A stretch of 64,000 nucleotides of DNA from Geosiphon pyriformis uo1 (taxonomy: Eukaryota; Fungi; Glomeromycota). Below, in pieces: positions 25,876 through 38,837 of this stretch. The notes under the pieces are model-generated. The model did not search any database and was not told where the DNA came from. It saw nothing but the letters and a program-made list of their open reading frames with translations. The DNA lies in the NCBI GenBank assembly GCA_016748015.1, contig JAAOMT010000276.1, positions 124,001 to 188,000 on the forward strand, written 5' to 3'. Position 1 is the first letter of the stretch, and every line of letters starts with the position of its first letter. A program made the position numbers and the translations under genes.

Positions 25876-28800
25876 ACATAAAGTCAATGGCATGTTAGGA
25901 TTTTTCGATATAAATTATAAGGCAATTTTAGTTATAATTGGTTTGAGAGAACACTTGAATGCTTATCTAAATAGTGTTTGCAAACAAGCCAATTGGGACT
26001 GGTGAAAGTTCAAAATAGGACATGCTAATAAGACTTTTTGGTTATATTTTAAAGAGTGGGTTTCTACTAAGTTGGTAACAAAGTCAAATGTGTTTGAGAG
26101 TGCAAGATATAATGGTAATTTGAATGCAATGTGGATGGTACTGAAAGATATTATAATACAGACTGCTGATATGGTGTTTTCTAGACATTGGTATAGTGTA
26201 TTTGATTGTTCAAAAAACAAACAATCTTTGAAGTTTTTCAAATTGAAGCTGCTAATTGCAAAAATTGTTAAAGCTTGGGTTTCTGGGGATCTTATAGATT
26301 TTGACTGTTTCATCAGAGTCTGGTTAAAAATTGATGAAGTAGAGATCTTTAAGACTGCTAATATGGTTCTGGTTGGTGTGAGTTTGATGGAGGTTGTCAA
26401 GCATTTGTCTATAGTAAAGAAAACATATTGGAAGTTTAAGTACTTTGAATCAAAGGCATCTGAAAATGCAGCCATTAGGAAAGCAATTGACCAGTGCATG
26501 GACAATTTTTGTTTTGACAAAGGACTTATGATTAAGAGTATTCTTGATTGTCCATTTTGTAAGGTTGTTTTGGATTACTTGGTGGTTAATGATGAGTTGG
26601 TAGTTGAATCTGATGAGATGAAACTTAAAGTGAATAAAATTATAAAGGGATAGATGAAAAAGCAGACAGTTCTCCCAAGGATGCCTGTTCTTTGGTCCCA
26701 TTAATATATGCCTTTGGACTATGTTCCCAATGATGCTTTTTCTAGTGTAATGAAAGAAATCAATATGGATGAGTTGCTTTTGTGTGTTAATAACTTGCCA
26801 AATAATAAGGCTGCTAAATTATCAGAAATTTCTAATGAACTTTGGAGGCACTGTGGTGATGAGATGTTATCTTATCTCTTAAAGCTACTGAATTTGTGTT
26901 TAACCTTGGGAGTGGTTCTGATTCCTTGGAAAAGAGCATGGGTTTCAATGATCCCTAAACTCTATGAATGGAATAGTGTCTTGATTAATACTAGACCTAT
27001 TCTTTTAATTGAAACTGCCTAAAAAATCTTGTCTAAGATTTTTTTTGATCAGATTTTTTTGGCATGCAGCAGATTCAATATTCTTCATGAGGACAATTTT
27101 TTGGTGTTAAAGAGTACTTCTACTCAATTGCCAATTTTTGCTGTTGGATCAGTTATAGAAAATGCTTTGGAAAAGAATAAGGAACTTTGGTTGATTTTGT
27201 AAGACATACACAAAGCTTATAACTCTGTGAGCTGACATTATTTGAAAGCTGGTCTGCATCATATTAAGATGTACAATCAGTTTATTGATTTTTTTGGTGG
27301 AATTCATGAAGATTGTATCAACAAAGTGATGACAGATTTTGGCCTTTTAGATGATTACATAGTACATAATGGTTTGGATTAGGATGAGATTTTCTCTCCT
27401 CTTCTTTGGCAGATATTCTATGACTCTTTTTTGTGTGAGATTAAAAGACATAAGCACTTGTGTGGCTACTGTATTGATACAAAGTTTGTGGCTAAAACTG
27501 GCCATGTTAAGTCTATTGAAGGAAGAACTTTTTTTTTGGCTGCTGGTGTCTTTGTTGATAACACAATTTGGATTGGAAGCTGTCAGGCTTCTACACAGAC
27601 CATTTTGAATATTTTTAATGGGTTTTTTGTTGTCAATGACATTTCTATTAATAATGATAAAACAGTGGCTATCCCAATCAATCAAGGTGTCAAGATTGCT
27701 TCACTTTTAATCAATAGTTTGCCAATTTCAATTGCTAAATAAGGCAAATTACACAGGTATCTGGGTATTTTTTTGTTCACAGAGGGTCTCTCCAAGCCTA
27801 GTTTGGTTCAGACTTATGCAGATATTAGGTTTTTTTTAAATGTAGTGCTTAGGAAGACTGTTACAGACAAAAAATTTTCATATTTGGTCTCAGTTGTTCT
27901 TCAGCCTATAGTTAGCTATCAGATACAGTTTAGTTATGTTTCACCAGGTGTGTGTCACAAGTAGAATATTATGGTTAGGAAGGACCTCAGATCTAAGACT
28001 AGATTACCAAAAAATTTTCCGAATAAGGCTTTACATTACTCTTCTTTGTATGATTTAAAACCATTCGAGCAAGTGTAATTTGAGAGAAAATTGCCTTATT
28101 GGTCTTCTTTTTCAATGCCCATGGCATTCTTGGGCGTTTATTTGAACACAAATTTTTGGATTTACAAGTTCTGGGGTCACTTTTGAATTCTTTGCAGCAT
28201 CCTGTCAGGTTAAGGGTTAATTCAATAAATAATTTTTTAGCTGGTGTGGTGAGAATCTTGTTGGAAAATGAGTTATCTTTGACAAACAATTTGCCTAGTG
28301 CTTTTCATGATTCTGGCAGGTTTTCAATGTCTAATATTCTGGGTCATTTCTTATTTTATGATTCTGTTCTCTCTTTAAGACGATTTGGTGTTGCTTTTAA
28401 TAGTAGGCTTCTGAACAAAAAAGGAAAGATGTTGAACTGAAAGACATTTTAGCAATAGAAGAGATTAGATCCAAGGGGCCTGGTATCTTATTGGTTTACA
28501 TTGGCAGCTGATTTTATAAGCAAGCGTGCTACAAAGAAAGTCATATCTGTCAGTAATCATGTACCACCAGTACTAAATGTCTTAAATTCTAAGGCTTTTG
28601 TTTGTGTTTGTGGAGGTCTTTTGGAGGTTTGGTCAAATTGTATTGAAGTTTACACAGATGGATCCTTAAAAGATGCTGGTTTAACTGAGATAGCAAGTGG
28701 TACAGCTGCCTATTTCTTAGCTATAGACATGGGTATTGGGATCAGGGTCCAGAGACTTTTCTCATCCACTTTGGCTGAGTTACAAGCTATTGCTTTGGTC

Positions 28801-31800
28801 TTAAAGTGTATTCTCTTTTCCTGTTCTGTGGTTTTGTATTTGGACAGCCAATCTGTGATTGATGCTTGTGTGTCAGAGTCTTTAGTTATGGTGCCAGACT
28901 TTCATAATTGATGCTGGATTGAGTAATTGCATATTGTCAATCTCATCAAGAAAAAAGACATTTTAGTTAGGTGAGTGAAGATTAAAGGTCATTCAAGAGT
29001 TCTGGGCAATGTTAGAGCTGATAAGTTGGCTGAAAAAGCCACTTTCTTTTTATTTTCTCTATCTGTTGGAATTCAGAAACATTTTTTGGTTGCTAAAAAT
29101 ATTGTTGTATTGTTATTTTGTTTGTAATCTTTTTTGGTCAATTTGTCATGCTTGTTGAAAGACTGGTTTTGGTTATGATATTGTTCCAAGTGTCATGATT
29201 AGAGAGATAAATTGGGTGGCTACTTTAAAGATCTGGTATTTTGACTCTCACATGCTCTTTGGTTTCACTAGCAGGAGCTCAGCCAACATACACACTTATT
29301 TAATGAAAGCTGTTCATAGACAGTTGCCTGTGGCTGTCAAAAAAAAATTATATAATGTGAATTATCCTGGAGTGCTGTGTTTGCTGTGTGGGAAGGTGGA
29401 GGTGTCTGATCATACTTTTGTTTGCTTTGGTAATGTTGGACTCCATGATAACATTTTAGCTGATACTACTAAGAAGTGGTTGTTTTTGGTGGATCTTTTC
29501 TGCTTGTCTATGTTAGCTGTCTTGCATTCACTTTTGGCATATTTTTTGAACATAGGTCTGTTTACTGCTGTGTGCAAAAGTTTTGTGTTGAGGAATTGGT
29601 ATGCTGAGACTGCTTTGGCTCTTGAGAGGAAGAAAAAGACTGCATTGACTATTACTGAATTTGTTAGGTTGTGGTTAAATTGTTTTGTACTAAGGTGTGG
29701 CTTGCCAGATTCAAGCATAGAATAAATATGGAGAGGACTGGCTTGGTCGAGAATAATGGCATAGTTTTGGATCTGTCTCATTGTTTGGTGTCTAATTTGT
29801 CAGATGGGGTAGTTTATTTGCTTAGTGTTGTTAAATCTTTTGCAGTCAACTTTGGTAGATGCAGGTTGTGTTAATTTTTTTTTGGTTTGGGTGGTGATTC
29901 TTCTGTTCACATAGACTGTAATGTAGCCTTGTTTGGCCCAAGTGGCTGGTCACATGTAGTAAGTATGTGAGCTGCATTTAGTTCATTCCACTTAGTTTGG
30001 TTCTATATACTAAATAGCAGTTGGATTTCACTTATTAATTGTGTAATAAAAAAAAATATATATACAAGTTATAAAAAAATTGATAACAGCAGCTTAGTTT
30101 AAAAGATACATCTGTATACAACTTTAATACAGAAATTGTTTGTTTGTTTATAAATAATAAATAGATTATTAAAAGCTTATTAAGAATTTTTAAGATTTTT
30201 AAGATATGTTTGACCAAATATTTATTTATAATTAAAACAATATTAGTAGTTAAATACTTAGAATTCAAACCAAAAATAAATATTTTAACACTTGAGAACT
30301 TATTTACAATCCAAAATTTAATACTAAAATAAAGTTTAGTTTCACTAATAATTAAAATATTATTTTTTAATTTGTTAAATTACCTAATAATATCATTTTG
30401 CTTAACAAAAATATTTATTTTTTTAATATTATATGTAGTCATTTTCCAAATTAAGCTACTTATTAAAGACAAAAGAGAATATCACATTACTACTTAAATT
30501 AAAAAACTTTAATTTATTCAAAATTATTATGCCAGTCTTTAAGCCACCAATTTTAGTGATTAAAAGTTTGAATTTACTTAAAAACATGTTTTAGAAAACA
30601 TTAAAATTAATACACAAAAAAAGAAAAATAAGTAATAATTTGTTAATGACTATGTCTAATACAGAAACAACATTAAAAATAGGCATTTTTACAACACAAT
30701 TCAATATAACTGAGAGAAAATTATATTTAATTTATAAGATATATTAATAATATAGTGAAACAAAAGTTCCAAAAAATGTTCAAAAAAGTTTAATCTAGAA
30801 ACCAAAGTAAAATAACAAAGACTTTTTTTAAACTACTAATCAATATATTCAATAAAAAAATATTAGTAAATAATACAAAAAAAGATGTTTTAAACTACTA
30901 TTATTATAAAAGTTTATATTATATTACCAAAAAAGATTAAGTGAGATACCAAAACTTGTTTTTTTGTATATATTAAGATAAAATACTTTTTGTTAAAATT
31001 GGTTATTTTTTTTTTCAAGTTTTGACCAAAAGACTTTAAATTTGATTTATAAATACTAAAAATATGATTTGGTTTTCTATACTTAGCACAAATAAAATTA
31101 GAAAGTTCAGTTCAAATTAGATTAATACTCTTAAAAATTAAAGTTAAAAGAATAATAGTATTCTTAAATACAATAAATTTAAAACACATAATAGTATAAT
31201 ATATTTATATATATATAACTAAATTATAAATGATAATGTATGTTTTTTCACCATAGAATAAAACTAAGCCAAAAATATTATAAATAGTTATGCTTATTAG
31301 AAATATATATAGAAAAGCATGATAATAGTTTTTTTTATTTCACAATTATTTGTTAACATTAATTTTTGTTATATATATTAAGTTTTTAATTAAAAAATTG
31401 ACTATTTTAAAAGACATCAAATCAACAACATCAAAATTTTTGAATTCAACAAACACTTTTTGTTAAAAACTAATCAATTATATTTTAATAAAAACAATTT
31501 TGTTAAATTTAGATAGTATTATTTCAAGTGATAATTTAAGAAGATTAATTAAAATTTTTTTAACAACAATTTTTTAATTTGATTTAGTGTTGATTTTTTT
31601 TAGATTGGAATTAACAAAAATTTTTTACTTATAGCTAGTTGCTTAATAGCTTTCAGACTAGTTTCAAATATAAAAAATATCTTAATAATATTTTGGAATT
31701 TTAAAAAAGTTATTATTTCTTTAAAACTGTTAATTTAATAAAAAAGTTTTGAGAAATCTTATTTTATTATTTAAAAATTTGTTAGAAATTACAATTAAAT

Positions 31801-33209
31801 TAACATTTAACATGAATAACTTGACTAGTACAAAACATTTGCTTTTTTTGGTGTTTATATTTATGTATATATTGGTATTAACAATTATAAATAGTAGTAA
31901 GTTAAAAAATATATCATTATTTAACTCATTAAACAAAATTTTCATAAAGAATACAACTAAGTTGTAAGTTTTAATGTGAGTTTTTTTAAGCATAACTTTA
32001 TTTATAAATTCATTATTACTGTTTAAGCTATTAGAATCAATATAGCTTGTTTTTTTTATTATTATGTTTTTTAAATTTTTTAAATTAGATACTTTACTAA
32101 AATTCTCTTTTTTACTTTTAGCTTTACTATTCTAAAAATATTGTTTAATTATGTTAACACTTTCTAATATGTCTATTGTTAAAGACCCAATTAAAAAATC
32201 TATAATATTAAATTTAGTAGCAAGTTTTTTAAAACATTTATTAGAGCTTTTTAAATTATAGATATAAGTATTATGATTTTTTTTTTGACCAGAGTGGGTT
32301 TTTATATTACTTTTCTCAATATTTACAATTTTAGCTGAATTATTAGTTAATTCTATGATTATAAATAGATTTATATTAAAAAAAAAATTTAAAAAAAAAC
32401 AGAAAAAAGAAAATAAATAAAAATAAACTTATTTTTTCTAAATCTTGTTTAATTGTAAGCAAGAGATTAATAAAAAAAAAATTTCAACATTATTATTTAA
32501 GTTATAATAAATTAAATATTATAATTAATATAATATAGTGTAGTTTTAATTAATTTGAGTTATTAATTATATGTAATTAATATATAAATTATAATTATTT
32601 TAAGATTATTATATTTTTATATTTTAATTAACAATTAAATTATACTTAATTACAACAATAATTTATTTATTTATTTAATATATTTTATAAAATAAAATTC
32701 AATTATTATATAAATTACAAAACTTGATATTTTATAATAAATATTACTTATATATTATATTAATTTATATTAATTTTAACTTATAATTAAAATTTATAAA
32801 ACTTTAATATTTAAAAAAAATTTTGTTTAATTTTTTTACTATTTAAAATAGAATTATTTTAAAATTTGTAATTTAATTACAATTTAAAGTTATTAATATT
32901 TTACAAACTTATTTTTTTAAAAAAAAAACTTATAATAATAATAATAAATAAATAAATTTGCATAAACTTTTAATTATTAGCAAAAAACCAAAAATTTAAA
33001 AAATTTAAAAAATTATAATTATTAATAATAATTGATTTATAGCTTTATTAATTAATTAATAAGTGTAATATTTATTATAATGTATATTATATATTTCTCT
33101 TATAATGTAAAAAATAGTTTGACTTTTGGCATAATCTTTTTTCCATCAAGAAAATCACCTGATTTTTGGTGGTTAAAGATGAGTAACAAAAAAAATTTTA
33201 TGAATTATT

Positions 33210-35822
33210 ATGTTGATCCGAGCAAAACCGGAATTACACGGCATTTCTTTTTGGCTTTCGAAAACTTGTACACACCATAGAAATATCTACAAAAATGAAC
33301 TAAAACCTGCAAAAAATTATCAAACACCACGATTATGTAATTTTTCGCTTTCAATTACCTGTAAGAAGTTAGTTGTAAGCCTCGATCCCAAGGAGTTGAG
33401 AGGAGCTCAGGGAGTAGTTGGGGGAGATAATTTGGATAAGTCAAAAAAATCCCCCTCAACATTTGATTCAAACTTATGTAGACGAAAGCCGCAACTGGAG
33501 ATTCTTTATAAAAACTCAGACCCAAAATATAAAGTTAGCTATACGGAAAGTAATAGGCCTGCAGCCTCTTCCGTTTCTGAAAGAAGACGAGAAGATATTG
33601 CTTGGTATACGCCCAACCAATTTAAATCCACTGAACATCAAAAGGAATTTTCGGCCAACCAATATCCGAAATATTCCGATAGAAGTCCAGAGAGATCTAT
33701 ATCACAGTTTCCGAGTTTCAAGCTGTCCCCTAAACTTACAAAAATACAATGTGACCCGTCTAATGATTATAAGCAATCAAAAAAATCGGGGGCTGAATTT
33801 CAAAGCATGAATTATTCTTTCAGATACTCTGCACAAACTTCAAAAAGACCCATAGCAGAATTCGATCACTATAAGCAACTAAAAGTTAAAGAGCGAAGGT
33901 ACCCTGAAGAGTTTCAACGATCCATAGATTGCCCGCCACGTTTTTCAAGTAATGAAAGAATCCAATCAAAAGCACCAGTCCCATTTTATTATTTTGTGAA
34001 AAAAGCGATTGCCGAAAATGATCCTGTTTTAATGTATGAGTTATATAAACTAATAAACCTAAATAAAAATGCACGGGAAAATAGAGATTTAAAAGAAATA
34101 GACGTGTATCCAGACAGAAAAACCCCGTATTATCATAAGCCTCACTACCAAGGACCTCCATTACCTCCTATGAAATTCACACGTGATTCCAGAGATACGA
34201 TACTTAACATGATGATAGGATGCTTGGCAAATAATAAATGGCTTGATGAAGCTCTGGAAGTCTTTTATAATAGTATAAGTACTTATAATGTGACTTTCGA
34301 GCAAAAGACTATTTATTCCCTTATTGACAATATGTTCAGGGATCAAAATGAAATCCCCGAACAAGAAGAATCTCGATCTGAAGGACATTCAACAAATTTA
34401 ACTGCTAAAAAAGAAAAGATACGCCAATGTATATACGAAATTGAACCAATTCTTAAAGTGTGGAAGACCCTATTAAACAAAGGTGTAAAACCGGATCATT
34501 TATGTTATAGTCGAATGATATATGGAATTGCTTATAAAGATCCTATGAAGGCCAAAGAAATTTTCATGGAAATGATGGAATCAGGCCACCAACCCCAGAG
34601 GCAGGATTTTGACTTGATAATTTACAACTTATTCGGATTTGGATCCAAAGCAGATATCTGTCAAGTTTATGAAATAGCAAAAAGCTTCGGGATGACCCCT
34701 TCGGTTAAAACTTTGGACTCGATGGTTCACGAAGCTAACAGATTTCAGGACATGCAGTTTCTTAATTTATTCTACAAAGATTTCTTAACATCTCGATCTC
34801 AGCCAATTGACCAAGAATCAAAAAATTGCTTGAGATTAATAAATGAAAGCATCGCAAAGCAAGAGATCTCTAAGGCTTTGAATTATTATAACACATTAAG
34901 AAAGGAAGGACTGTCTCCTCATCCAACAGTAACCATAAAAATATTTGAAGGATTGTTCAGCAAAAAGAATATGCACGCAGCAGCACAATATCTCGCAGAT
35001 TCTTTTACGATGGATCCAATCAAGACGAAGAATTTAAAAGATATCTTACATTATGTTATTGCTGGCTTCACTTGGAACGATGAAATTTACATGGGCAGAG
35101 GATTGTTTCGAAAGTACGTATCCTACGCTATATATCCAAAATTATCCACATGGGATTTACTTGGAAACGCGTTTTTGGACAAAAATATGCCATTGCGCGC
35201 TGAGCCTTTCTTTGTTTCCCATCCGAGACCAACGGCAGATCAATTAGGTAAACTTGTGTTCTCTTTAACTCAACATCGAGAATACAAACGAGTTTCAAAT
35301 TGGCTTCCTAGATTGGAGGCTATAAAGGGTGTACGACAGCAATGGATTTCAATGACTGCCATTCTGTACGCACATTGTATGATGAATGATTCAAAACAAA
35401 TAGTTCAAGCATGCAAGGATCTATGGGATATTCCAACCACTTCAAAGAAGCTAGACATAATAATTATAGCGGTCTGTCAAGGGCTTGCCAGATGTGATGA
35501 TTTGAAAAATCTAAAAGAAATATGGAATATGTTCTTGGCTGATACCCAATTGTCAATAGGTGAACAACAATTTAACGCTTATATTAAAGCTCTTTGTCAA
35601 TTGAAAGACCCGGATGAAGCTATGCGAATACTAGTGGAAATAATGCGTGAAAGAAATATTCCTCCAAAATCACAAACTATTCAATTTATAGCTTCATATT
35701 TCAATACTGAAAAACGATCTCAAACTGAGATTTTAAAAATGCTAGAACGTGTTAAAAAAAGGTGGCCTAATGAATATTATCAGTGGGAATGGGGGCAAAT
35801 CAAACATTTCGATAAGTTGTAA
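33210..35822 (+). CDS. Pentatricopeptide-repeat (PPR) protein, probably mitochondrial, single exon
   Basis: 870-aa ORF with PPR-type repeats (KGVKPDHLCYSRMI, KAKEIFMEMMESGHQP, QFNAYIKALCQLKDPDEAMRILVEIMRERNIPP) and a basic N-terminus. Confidence 0.85.
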   Translation: MLIRAKPELHGISFWLSKTCTHHRNIYKNELKPAKNYQTPRLCNFSLSITCKKLVVSLDPKELRGAQGVVGGDNLDKSKKSPSTFDSNLCRRKPQLEILYKNSDPKYKVSYTESNRPAASSVSERRREDIAWYTPNQFKSTEHQKEFSANQYPKYSDRSPERSISQFPSFKLSPKLTKIQCDPSNDYKQSKKSGAEFQSMNYSFRYSAQTSKRPIAEFDHYKQLKVKERRYPEEFQRSIDCPPRFSSNERIQSKAPVPFYYFVKKAIAENDPVLMYELYKLINLNKNARENRDLKEIDVYPDRKTPYYHKPHYQGPPLPPMKFTRDSRDTILNMMIGCLANNKWLDEALEVFYNSISTYNVTFEQKTIYSLIDNMFRDQNEIPEQEESRSEGHSTNLTAKKEKIRQCIYEIEPILKVWKTLLNKGVKPDHLCYSRMIYGIAYKDPMKAKEIFMEMMESGHQPQRQDFDLIIYNLFGFGSKADICQVYEIAKSFGMTPSVKTLDSMVHEANRFQDMQFLNLFYKDFLTSRSQPIDQESKNCLRLINESIAKQEISKALNYYNTLRKEGLSPHPTVTIKIFEGLFSKKNMHAAAQYLADSFTMDPIKTKNLKDILHYVIAGFTWNDEIYMGRGLFRKYVSYAIYPKLSTWDLLGNAFLDKNMPLRAEPFFVSHPRPTADQLGKLVFSLTQHREYKRVSNWLPRLEAIKGVRQQWISMTAILYAHCMMNDSKQIVQACKDLWDIPTTSKKLDIIIIAVCQGLARCDDLKNLKEIWNMFLADTQLSIGEQQFNAYIKALCQLKDPDEAMRILVEIMRERNIPPKSQTIQFIASYFNTEKRSQTEILKMLERVKKRWPNEYYQWEWGQIKHFDKL

Positions 35823-36010
35823 AACACACATGCTGTTTTTAGAGATCCTTTCTCTACTTCCCATTGACCAAAATATTCGTATCCATTCATCAAATTTTGA
35901 AGATATTTTAAGCCGCAATAAAATTAAAGAGCTCATTAAAAGACGAAATTATAAAATCTATTTTGACAGTCTCGATTACAATTTTGGCTTGGCTTACAAT
36001 CACCTCAAGT

Positions 36011-36617
36011 TCAACCGTTAGTGCCTATTTCTACAGGGGCTTTTGCCTTTATTGTGAGTGCATGGACTCCGCCGGCCAGTTCATCATTTAATAGATTATA
36101 TATGAGCCTATGTCGTTCCATTAAGGTCTGAAATGATTGAGATAATTAGAAGAATACGACCTTTCGAAACTAAATACAATCCATAATCACCTTTCCTTGG
36201 AATTCCTCAGACACTACTGAAACACTAAAAAATTAAAAGGTCACGTGACTTTTAGAAAATTACGATTGATCTCGAGAGAAATCTTGAATTCTTTTTACCT
36301 AAAATGAGTTTCACTACTAACAACTCCCTTCATGGCTTGATGGTGAGCGTGCAAGTGTGATTCATTCAAAATCTCCAGGTTTACAGGTCGAAGTGCTTCC
36401 GTTAACTGTTTAAACAAGCGTAATTAGCCTTTCAAAAGCTTAGAGTTATAATTTTATAATTAAATATTCTTACTTTTTTCTGGATGCTTTGGTAAACCGG
36501 TCCAGTTTCCATGATAGACGTTTGTGACGTAGAAATAGTGCGAAGAAAAAGTGTGTTCGTATATGGAAAGTAAATTTTATAATGATTGGGAAACTTTGAA
36601 AAAAGAAGTTTAATCAT
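36011..36617 (-). CDS. bolA: BolA-family protein (BolA1/Uvi31-like), 4 exons: 36617-36474, 36405-36299, 36224-36191, 36127-36011
   Basis: Three GT-AG introns join ...GPVYQSIQKK|LTEALRPVNLEILNESHLHAHHQAMKGVVSSETHFS|VSVVSEEFQGK|TLMERHRLIYNLLNDELAGGVHALTIKAKAP; presequence-like N-terminus. Confidence 0.93.
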
Positions 36618-36740
36618 TTCTAGTGCAAGAATAGAATTCGGATTAAAATTGCTAATCAACGCAATAATTTTAAAGAGCCAATCAAAAAAATACATGTGAC
36701 TGATATTTAAAATTTCATGTTTAGCTTTTTTATTTTAACA

Positions 36741-37200
36741 TATTACAATTTAGTAATAATTGGCATTTACTAAAAAAAATTTTGTTATGCAACTAAAAAG
36801 TATTATAATAAATTTAAATTTAGAAAATTTTTTTTTGATAATATTCTTAATCAAATGTTTATTTAATATTAAAAATATTTAATGTTAATTATTTTGTATA
36901 CTTATTTTGTGATAAAAGTTAACTTTTTTACAAAAATTTTTAATTGTAAACTTTTTAATAATATGTAATTATTTTACAGTAAAAGTCAACTTTTCTAGAA
37001 AAATTTTGGTTATAGATTATTTAGTAATAAAAAAAAATTAAATTTAACAGAAAATATTTTTTGTTTAAATTTTAAAATATTTAGTCAGAATTTGTAAATT
37101 TTAAACAATAATAATTATAAAAATTTTGTTGATTTTTAAAATAAATTTTATTTAATTAATGTATTTTTTTTATAATATTCTATAATCTAATATTTTTTTA
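36741..37200 (-). repeat. Heavily decayed LTR related to family A
   Basis: Reverse complement retains the duplicated GAAAAGTTGACTTT...TAAyTAC motif of LTR A; decayed terminus TATTACA at 36741. Confidence 0.6.
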
Positions 37201-38837
37201 TTAATTTTTTAAATTTTTATTAATTTTTTTCTTGTAAATCTCTTTACTACAATAACAGAAAAAAATTTATTGCAGATTTTTTTACTTTGTATTTTTTTTT
37301 TTATATTTTTATAAATATTTCTACTAATACTAATCTTTTTATTATTATAAAACCAGTAATTTTCTGATTAAGATTTTTAATAATAAAAAAACTAAGTCTT
37401 ATTTTAATGTAAAAAAATCAGTTTTTATCCATGTTTGTTTATGTAAGCACTAATAAAAAAACCAGAAAGCTTAGCATAATTATTGTTATAATTAATACTT
37501 CAGCTAATTTTTTGGATTTAAATATTTTAAAAAGAAATAAATTTATTTTATATAAGTTTTATAAGAATAAAATAAGCAGTAAAATAGATAATATAAATAA
37601 AGTTTTAAAAGCCAAAAAATTAAACAATTTAATTATTAAAAAAACTTGTTATGCTGATTCAAATAACTTGAAAAATAACAGAAACATAATTAATACTATT
37701 TTATATTATATTTAAATTACTACATATAATTTAACAAAGTTATTATATTTTTTTATAATTAATTATATAAGGAATAGCATATTATTATAAAAAAAAACTT
37801 TTTGTTTTCTTGATTTTATGACCATGACCAGAGCAAAGAATAAAAAAGCTGCATCTAATATCTGTCCTAAGATATTTAATAAAATTTCAACCAGAAGAGC
37901 TCTCTCTGTTGTAGAAACAACTAGGCAAAATATTTTAAAAGTCTTTCTCTTACCCAATAATCGTGATAAGCTGCCTTTGGTAACCACTGAAGCAATTTCC
38001 TCATTTTTGGCTGGTTTCTTATCAGTTAAAGTTCTCTCAAAGAGACATACTTGGATTAGTTCTAGTATTGCTTCCACTCTAATGTTACTCATAGAAAAAG
38101 AATACAAGAAAATAGTAGAAAAAACAAATAGGGAAAATAGACCAATAAGAGAATAGTATTTAGCATATAAGCACATTGCTTAACAATGTAAAGCATTGTC
38201 AGAGAATCATGACACATTGTTCAGCAATGAGCATATTGTCAGAAATTACAGACACATTGCTTACAAATGTGCAGAATCTTGTATAACATAAATTATATAT
38301 ATATAGTAAAAGTATTAAAAGCAGAAAAAGTAATTCCTAAAGAATTCAAGAATTTCTGAAGAATTCAATAGAGTTTTATTAATTTAGAACAATCTTCTTT
38401 CTTTTCTATTTATTAACTCTTATTTCAAGGATAGTTGCTATCAACCAAAATAGAATTATATAAATAAAAGATTTCTCCAATTCTTCAAATCCATGTTATT
38501 GTCATTTATTTGAAAATATAATCACTTTTCCATTTATCAACACTTCATGTTGATAAAATCCAATACTTAACCATACTGGAACAATAGTTCTTGATTATGG
38601 CTATTGATGGGATACTAACTTGAATTGCCTTGGCTTATTTCTAATTTCTTATTTTTTTTTTATTTTTTTTTATTTTTTTTTATTTTTTTTTGTTTGTTGA
38701 CTTACTACTAATTAAAGAAATTAAACACTGAGTAATTGATGTCAAGGATAGCCTGGTAAAAAACCCAGAAATAAGGGTAGAATTATATATATTAATGGAT
38801 AGCTTACCAAAAGAGTACAACTGCCAAATTAAACTGG

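Larger units (their letters stand above)
14487..29921 (+). pseudogene. LINE ORF2: APE endonuclease, reverse transcriptase, RNase H, C-terminal zinc finger; many nonsense mutations; split by LTR insertions
   Basis: ATCNVR, ETKL and GDFNE (EN); RPILLIE, DIHKAYNSV, FSPLLW and AGVFVDNTIW (RT); VYTDGSL, AELQAI, DSQ and KGH...NVRADKLA (RNase H); CLLCGKVEVSDHTFVC. Confidence 0.92.
12497..30056 (+). mobile_element. Full-length LINE (ORF1 plus APE-RT-RNase H-CCHC ORF2), interrupted at 15118-25879
   Basis: TSD TATATATGCAA (12486-12496) / TATATATACAA (30057-30067); A-rich tail; domain motifs listed under ORF1 and ORF2. Confidence 0.92.
7190..32470 (-). mobile_element. Old, heavily decayed full-length LINE (ORF1, EN, RT, RNase H, 3' UTR) interrupted by younger elements; ends approximate
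   Basis: Decayed domains are collinear on the minus strand: ORF1 ~32400-30650; EN 30270-30057 continuing at 12496-12350 (...TCIY|NKSIFVVLKDNFN); RT ~10600; RNase H 9549-9340; C-terminus and 3' UTR 8500-7190. Confidence 0.8.
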
